Shown piece after piece: positions 26,071-31,401 of a stretch of DNA of 31,401 nucleotides. The position numbers and the translations under genes are program-made. Origin of the DNA: Crocosphaera sp. Lineage in GTDB: Bacteria; Cyanobacteriota; Cyanobacteriia; Cyanobacteriales; Microcystaceae. The notes beneath the pieces were generated by a model, which was not told the origin of the DNA, made no database searches, and saw only the letters and a list, made by a program, of their open reading frames with translations. The stretch is taken from assembly GCA_051439445.1 (NCBI GenBank), contig JBFRWG010000063.1, positions 1 to 31,401 of the forward strand, given 5' to 3'. Position 1 is the first letter of the stretch. The number at the start of each line of letters is the position of its first letter.

Positions 26071-27321
26071 TGTTTTAATAAATCCCATTCTACTGCTTAT
26101 GCTTATGTCACTTATCAAACAGCTTATTTAAAAGCCAATTATCCTGTGGAATATATGACAGCATTACTAACAGCTAGTAGTGATAGTCAAGATAAAGTGG
26201 AAAAATATCGGGAAAACTGTCAAAAAATGGGTATTGATGTTTTACCCCCTGATATCAATCATTCTCAAAAAGATTTTACACCCATTGGTAAACAAATTTT
26301 GTTTGGTTTATCGGCAGTTAGAAACTTAGGAGAAGGTGCAATTGATACCATTTTAAAGGCCCGTGAAGAAGCAGAAGGAGCGTTTAAATCCCTAGCGGAT
26401 TTTTGCTCTTATGTTGATTTACGATCTGTTAATAAAAGGGCTTTAGAAACCTTAATTTATTCCGGCGCATTTGATTCCATTGACCCTAATCGAAAACAAC
26501 TGATTAATGATTTAGAATTAGTCATTGCCTGGTCCCAAAAACGGGCAAAAGAGAAAGAAAGTGGCCAACTCAATTTGTTTGATTTAATGAGTGGACAAAC
26601 CGAGGAAACAACCGCATCAAATACGGATTTTCAACACGCACCTCGTTCTTCCCCTGTAGAAGATTATTCATTACAAGATAAACTAAAATTAGAAAAAGAA
26701 CATCTAGGATTTTATGTTTCTGAACATCCCTTAACAGCTATCAAAAAAGCTGCAAAAATTTTATCCCCTATTAACTTAAATGAAATAGCAGAACAAAAAG
26801 CCAAAACAAAAGTAAGTGCTGTCATTATGGTTAATGAAGTTAAACAATACATAACTAAAAAAGGCGATCAGATGGCTTTTTTGGTTTTAGAAGATGGTTC
26901 AGCCCAAGTAGAAGGGGTTTGTTTTCCTGAAAGTTATAAAAGAATTCGAGAGATTTTAACAGAAGATTCTCGTCTTATTGTTTGGGGAAAAATTGACTAT
27001 CGAGATGATAAAGTACAGTTGATTGTAGATGATGCTGAACCGGTAGAAACTGTGAGAATGGTGATGGTAAATTTAAGTTTTGAACAAGCAGTCAACCAAG
27101 TTGCTTATCATAGTTTGAAGGGAATTCTTCAACAATATTCTGGGGATAAAAATCAAGGTAAAATACCGGTAATTGCCATTATTGGTAATGGACAAAATCG
27201 GCAATTAATTCGTTTAGGTCAAGATTATTGGGTACGGAATGAAACCTCTGTTATTCAAGCTCTTAAAAAAGCGAATTTTAATGCTTATCCCACCCCTTTG
27301 GTGAGTGATTTATCATCATAA
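25963..27321 (+). CDS. dnaE: DNA polymerase III alpha subunit, C-terminal half (DnaE-C), preceded by a split-intein C-fragment
   Basis: aa 1-36 [36 protein letters not shown] correspond to the DnaE IntC, followed by the +1 Cys extein [34 protein letters not shown]… The remaining 416 aa include an OB-fold region (…[40 protein letters not shown]…). Confidence 0.93.
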   Translation: [452 protein letters not shown]

Positions 27322-27352
27322 ACTGTTCATTATCAATGGTTAAAAATAACTC

Positions 27353-28459
27353 ATGAATGCTTGGTTTTCTCGCCCTCAGAAAATTTTAGTTACTTGGCTA
27401 CTAATTTTAGTCACAGGTTGGTTAACAGTTAAGACATTGAGTTACATTGGTGGCTTAATTAGTTTAATTTTAACCGCTTCTTTAATCGCTTTTTTATTGA
27501 GTTATCCTGTGCGCGCTCTTAAAAAAATTATTCCTCGTTCTTTAGCTGCTACTTTAGTTTATTTAGGCGCAATTTTACTGGTAACTTTTTTAGCAATAAC
27601 CCTTTTACCACCTGTGGTCAATCAAGGGAAACAACTAATTACTAAATTACCTAGTTTATTAGAAGAAGGACAACAACAATTGATAACATTACAAGGAGCA
27701 ATTAATACGAAAAACTTACCCATCGATCTTGAGTTTTTGACATCCCAAATATTAACTAAAATAGAGGCACAAACCAAAGATATTGCTTCTACGAGCTTTG
27801 GTTTAGTATTAGGAACCTTTAATTGGTTTATCGATTTAATTGTTGTTATCGTTATTTCTTTTTATATGTTACTGGATGGGGAAAAAATTTGGCGGGGTGT
27901 AATAAGCTTTTTTTCCCCTCAAGTTCGTGGCGTTTTAACCATTACCTTAGAAAAAAATCTACAACGATTTTTTACCGGTCAATTACTCTTAGGTTTATTT
28001 ATGGCCGTTACCCTAACCGTTGCTTTTCGACTATTAGGAATTCCCTTTTTTCTCCTCTTTGCTGTTTTTATCGGGGTGATGGAAGTTTTACCCTTTATTG
28101 GTGCAACTTTGGGAATTGGTACTGTTACTATTATTTTAACGTTTATTAATTGGTGGTTGGCAATACAAGTATTAGTTATTGCGGTTATTATTCAACAAAT
28201 TAAAGATAACTTAGTCGCCCCTCGAATCATGGGAAATCTCACGGGACTCCCTCCAGTGGTAATTTTTATTGCTTTATTACTTGGCGCAAAAATTGGCGGT
28301 TTATTAGGGGTTATTCTTGCTATTCCTTTAACCGGAGTGATCAAAGGAGTAACAGAAATTATTGGTGATCCCACTTTACCTCCCCAAACCGGTAGTCTAT
28401 TTTATAATCCCTTTTCTAAACTCCCCACAGTGGAAACAGAGATTGAGGAAAGTTTTTGA
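27353..28459 (+). CDS. AI-2E family transporter (PerM/UPF0118)
   Basis: Polytopic 368-aa membrane protein. …FYMLLDGEKIW…, …GVMEVLPFIGATLG… and …IKDNLVAPRIMG… are hallmark AI-2E/PerM segments. Confidence 0.85.
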   Translation: MNAWFSRPQKILVTWLLILVTGWLTVKTLSYIGGLISLILTASLIAFLLSYPVRALKKIIPRSLAATLVYLGAILLVTFLAITLLPPVVNQGKQLITKLPSLLEEGQQQLITLQGAINTKNLPIDLEFLTSQILTKIEAQTKDIASTSFGLVLGTFNWFIDLIVVIVISFYMLLDGEKIWRGVISFFSPQVRGVLTITLEKNLQRFFTGQLLLGLFMAVTLTVAFRLLGIPFFLLFAVFIGVMEVLPFIGATLGIGTVTIILTFINWWLAIQVLVIAVIIQQIKDNLVAPRIMGNLTGLPPVVIFIALLLGAKIGGLLGVILAIPLTGVIKGVTEIIGDPTLPPQTGSLFYNPFSKLPTVETEIEESF

Positions 28460-28645
28460 TAGTATTATCTTTAATGTCAAGCTGAAGATCCCCGTTACAC
28501 AATGTTAACGGTGGAATGAAACCTCGACCAGTATATAAACTGCAGAGCAACGATATGTTTTAGCAACTGTTTGGTCAAACTAGAAAACTTTGTGTTTAAG
28601 AACCAAGAATCCCCCATGGAGAGCGTAAACTTAACGGTGGGAGTG

Positions 28646-29200
28646 TCAATCAGAACCTCCTGGAAGAGATAAAGGGATATTTAAACCCCGATCATAGATA
28701 ATAATATCCCATTGTCCTGAACGGTTAGACTCAAAGGCAATTAAACGACCATTCCCACTAATGGTAGGATGACGCACTTCTCCTAAGATATTTTTAGTAA
28801 TGTTGTTAGCTTGTAAAGTTTGGCGATCGTAAACAAAAATATCTTGTTTTCCTTCTTGCTCGGAAACATAAACGATGTAACGTCCGTCTGCACTAATATC
28901 AGGTTGGTCTTGTACGGTTCCGGGCTGATTTAATCCCGGTAAAGGTAATAACCGACCGTTGATTTGATCATACAGCAAAACACTACGCTTTCCTTGGCGG
29001 TCAGAGGCAAAAACTAAGTATTTACCCTCGTAAGAAAAACGCGGATGTTGTTCGGAAGACCGAGTATTTAAGGTATTTCCCAACGTTTGAATCGGAGGAG
29101 TAATAAACCCTGAGTTAGTACAACCGACTAAACTAAAAACAATACTGCCACTTAAAAGCTTAGGATAACGACTCAACCCTTTAGGAAGCAACTTCACCAT
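28646..29200 (-). CDS. PD40 (TolB-like beta-propeller repeat) lipoprotein
   Basis: Three PD40 repeats (PRFSYEGKYLVFASDRQGKRSVLLYD, PDISADGRYIVYVSEQEGKQDIFVYD, PTISGNGRLIAFESNRSGQWDIIIYD). With start ATG 29200 the N-terminus MVKLLPKGLSRYPKLLSGSIVFSLVGC is a lipoprotein signal with lipobox LVGC. The maximal ORF extends to 29230. Confidence 0.8.
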   Translation of the reverse strand: MVKLLPKGLSRYPKLLSGSIVFSLVGCTNSGFITPPIQTLGNTLNTRSSEQHPRFSYEGKYLVFASDRQGKRSVLLYDQINGRLLPLPGLNQPGTVQDQPDISADGRYIVYVSEQEGKQDIFVYDRQTLQANNITKNILGEVRHPTISGNGRLIAFESNRSGQWDIIIYDRGLNIPLSLPGGSD

Positions 29201-29453
29201 CAGAGGGAAGCAAACAACAATTAACATCATTGAGGCAAACTTTACCCCATTGTAATCCCCAGCGAACCAACTCTACACGATTTTCCGTTTTGGTTTTGGT
29301 CAAAATATTGCTGATATGATTATCAACAGTACGCTTACTAATCTCAAGTTTCTGGGCAATTTCCAGATTAGTCAAACCAGTTGAAACGAGATCGAGAATT
29401 TGCATTTCTCGGCCAGATAGAGACACAGGGTTTTGAAACTTGGCACTGGTCAT
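29181..29453 (-). CDS. pedR: Small LuxR/GerE-type HTH regulator, PedR (Ssl0564)-like, with a C-terminal Cys cluster
   Basis: GerE HTH motif: LSGREMQILDLVSTGLTNLEIAQKLEISKRTVDNHISNILTKT. It is 90 aa with Cys73, Cys79 and Cys80 (KVCLNDVNCC), the positions I recall for the redox-responsive regulator PedR of Synechocystis. Confidence 0.65.
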   Translation of the reverse strand: MTSAKFQNPVSLSGREMQILDLVSTGLTNLEIAQKLEISKRTVDNHISNILTKTKTENRVELVRWGLQWGKVCLNDVNCCLLPSDGEVAS

Positions 29454-29525
29454 AGGTATTTGTTGTGATGGTACATTTACTTATGGATTTTCTCTATTGT
29501 AGTGGATAGTTGAGAGTTAGGGGAG

Positions 29526-29550
29526 AATAATTTGCAAAACGCAAATTATT
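29526..29550 (-). terminator. Perfect 10-bp hairpin downstream of the HExxH protein gene
   Basis: aataatttgc (29526..29535), loop aaaac, then gcaaattatt (29541..29550). It lies 51 nt after the minus-strand stop at 29601. The stem is A/U-rich and there is no separate U-tract. Confidence 0.4.
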
Positions 29551-29600
29551 GATTACCCGATGACTGCTGTAGACAACGAATAATCAATAATCACTGCATT

Positions 29601-30200
29601 CTATTGACGAGACGCACAAGCATTTAAAGCAGCTAAAACTTTATCAGGGTGTTTTTCCATAAGAAAAGCTTCCCCTTCATAAGGTAAAGCTCGAGGATCA
29701 TAAAGATTTAAACTTTGCCAATCAGCCGAATTTAAACTGGCTAAAATTGAGCGAAAGGTAGCTGCATCAGTCTTCATAATTGGAACAATTGATCCATTAT
29801 CTAATCCCGAAGCACAATCTTGAACAACGTGCCAACTTTCATGGGCCAAGGTTTCAATATAAAGTTTGAAATCTTGTCGATTATTTTGACACATGGTCAT
29901 TCGATTATAACCAGGTTGATAATAACCCAAAATACCCGCTTCACAACTTTCGTAACTGATAGAAATACCCAAATTTTTTAAAGCAGTAAAAAATTTTGCC
30001 TCATAAAAGTTATAGCGATTCGACTCATCTCCAGATAAATCAACACAGCGGCCACTGTTGGTGATTATATAATTACTATAGTCACAATTATCAAAATTAT
30101 GGGGACTGGTCCGAGAATAATCTTGTGCTATAGCTGCTCCACCAGCGAGAAGGAGACTACCAGAAAGAGCCGAAGTACACAGAGTAAGAGTGATTTTCAT
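29601..30200 (-). CDS. Secreted Cys-rich protein with an HExxH zinc-metallopeptidase motif (DUF4157-like?)
   Basis: Signal peptide MKITLTLCTSALSGSLLLAGGAAIAQD. Motif LAHESWHVVQD (H-E-x-x-H-V-V-Q), preceded by GYYQPGYNRM. The mature part contains six Cys residues. Confidence 0.6.
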   Translation of the reverse strand: MKITLTLCTSALSGSLLLAGGAAIAQDYSRTSPHNFDNCDYSNYIITNSGRCVDLSGDESNRYNFYEAKFFTALKNLGISISYESCEAGILGYYQPGYNRMTMCQNNRQDFKLYIETLAHESWHVVQDCASGLDNGSIVPIMKTDAATFRSILASLNSADWQSLNLYDPRALPYEGEAFLMEKHPDKVLAALNACASRQ

Positions 30201-30342
30201 GGATTATAAATACTAAAATAGGGTTTATTATCAAGTATTCCCAAATACTACTCAAAAGTTTCTATGGATCTGATGATGTTGATCACTGGGTAATTGTGAT
30301 ATCTATCACCTTGAATAAGGATTATTTTATGAATTAATAATG

Positions 30343-30380
30343 AAAAATTACCAATGAATAATTATTCACTGGTAATTTTT
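30343..30380. repeat. 38-bp near-perfect palindrome in a 590-nt divergent intergenic region
   Basis: aaaaattaccaatgaataa (30343..30361) against ttattcactggtaattttt (30362..30380): 19-nt arms with a single mismatch and no spacer. Confidence 0.7.
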
Positions 30381-30789
30381 AGGCTTGTTTTGAGTATATT
30401 AAAGTTGACAGTAAAGCGATTGCAACAGTGTTTCGTGATTCAGTGAAAAGTTATTCTCAAGATTCTCCTCGCTCTACTCAGTATTCCAAAAAGTAGGCTC
30501 TTCGGAGAGTGTGGGGTCAAATTTCTAAATCTTTAATTTTGGTTGGCAACTTTTTCCTGATTTTTTTGCACATTATAATAAACTGGTATGAATCAATACC
30601 ATTACTTGGCTATGATTCGTGTATTATTAGGATAAAATGAGAAAACTTAAAGCAAGATTATCGATAATCTTCTCCCTTGTTACCAATAATGAGATAAATT
30701 AAAATTAACTCGATAAACCTATTGCATTTCTATCAGATTGTAACAGTCAGCTTGCTTCAGGGAACCTTCAACACCAAAATTATACAACG

Positions 30790-31401
30790 ATGAGTCAAAC
30801 ATCTAATTCTCCTGGTTTTATCCCTAATGGAATAGGAAGATCCTATCTTGCTTATCATCATCAAGCAAGAAGTCATTGGCAATCTCAAGGAACATCAGAA
30901 CCTTCATTTTATTATTTTGCTTATGGATCTTGTATGTGTCCAGTGGACTTAAAACGAACCTTTGGGGAAAATACCCATAATTATGTGGTAGGAATAGGTA
31001 TTTTAGAAGGATATCGTTTAGGGTTTTATCGTCGTTCTTTACGGCGTAATTGTGGTGCATTAGATGTAGTAGTGGATGCCAATGCTAAAGTAGAAGGGGT
31101 ACTGTATCATTTACCTTGGCGATTTAGCGATCGCCTGGATGAAAGAGAGGAAGTTCCCCGCAATGGTTATCGTCGCGAGTCGGTTACAATTAAGAGTCAG
31201 GGAAAGGTTTATACTGATGTGAGAACTTATGTAGTGATAGATAAATTACCCCAAGAATTAGCCCCTAATGATTGGTATCTTAATGTTGTTTTGCGTGGTG
31301 CAGTTACTTGTGGACTCTCTGAAGAATATTGTTGGAATTTATTTAATCATATGTATCAGTTACAAATAAAGCAAAGTTATCAAGTTGACTATCATTTTTA
31401 G
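30790..31401 (+). CDS. Gamma-glutamylcyclotransferase (GGCT/AIG2-like) family protein
   Basis: YYFAYGSCMCPVDLKRTF resembles the YGS(N/L)M GGCT motif. …GYRLGFY…GALDVVVDANAKVEGVLYHLP…LDEREEVPRNGYRRESV… includes the conserved catalytic Glu context (DxxE). The stop TAG occupies the last three bases of the window. Confidence 0.7.
   Translation: MSQTSNSPGFIPNGIGRSYLAYHHQARSHWQSQGTSEPSFYYFAYGSCMCPVDLKRTFGENTHNYVVGIGILEGYRLGFYRRSLRRNCGALDVVVDANAKVEGVLYHLPWRFSDRLDEREEVPRNGYRRESVTIKSQGKVYTDVRTYVVIDKLPQELAPNDWYLNVVLRGAVTCGLSEEYCWNLFNHMYQLQIKQSYQVDYHF

Noticed and set aside
27823-28374. ORFs 27823..28149 (+) and 28192..28374 (-) within the AI-2E transporter gene
   Set aside because: They are alternative-frame or antisense ORFs within a clear polytopic transporter CDS.
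28498-28617. 39-codon minus-strand ORF (MGDSWFLNTKFSSLTKQLLKHIVALQFIYWSRFHSTVNIV) and a 10-nt direct repeat ttaacggtgg (28505..28514, 28631..28640) in the AI-2E/PD40 spacer
   Set aside because: The ORF has no Shine-Dalgarno, no family resemblance and an unremarkable composition. A single 10-nt repeat pair is within chance expectation for 31 kb.
30824-31060. 78-aa minus-strand ORF antisense to the GGCT-like gene
   Set aside because: It is a shadow ORF. The plus-strand frame carries the YGS-type GGCT motif.
1-31401. tRNA, rRNA, CRISPR arrays, transposases/IS elements, prophage genes or recognisable anti-phage defence operons
   Set aside because: I saw no T-loop/acceptor patterns, no rRNA-like stretches, no regularly spaced direct repeats, no transposase, integrase or reverse-transcriptase-like ORFs, and no nuclease/ATPase defence-type gene clusters. 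This was checked by eye only.

Overview
This is a 31.4-kb AT-rich chromosomal segment that is almost certainly cyanobacterial. It carries psbA (PSII D1), an unlisted 39-codon psb30/ycf12 gene, a dnaE C-terminal half that opens with a split-intein C-fragment, and nine HIP1 octamers (GCGATCGC) counted by eye. I can support about 30 protein genes. Most are housekeeping genes or conserved cyanobacterial hypotheticals: two paralogous giant MscS-type channels, a fused double ABC ATPase, a YqeG-type HAD phosphatase, rbfA, a GH3 NagZ-like hydrolase, a SAM methyltransferase, a PEP-utilizing three-domain enzyme, DUF952, a NupC-type nucleoside transporter, a ManC-type cupin, type I-beta DAHP synthase, a translationally coupled DUF3038/DUF4335 pair, an aldo/keto reductase, an NAD(P)H-binding SDR, DUF1997, a SnoaL-like protein, an AI-2E transporter, a PD40/TolB-like lipoprotein, a PedR-like small LuxR regulator, a secreted HExxH protein and a GGCT-like protein. 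I found no rRNA, tRNA, CRISPR array, transposase or recognisable defence system. The strongest second-look item is the naturally split DnaE, whose two halves must be joined by protein trans-splicing; this is known biology in cyanobacteria. Other items are a TPR/beta-barrel gene in tandem with an MscS channel that has a Cys-containing N-terminal domain shared with a second copy 12 kb away, a 0.7-kb islet of decayed toxin-antitoxin genes, an unexplained 718-nt non-coding spacer upstream of aroF, a pedR-like gene overlapping a lipoprotein gene, and several long palindromes in divergent intergenic regions. Family names are recalled from memory and no database search was possible.
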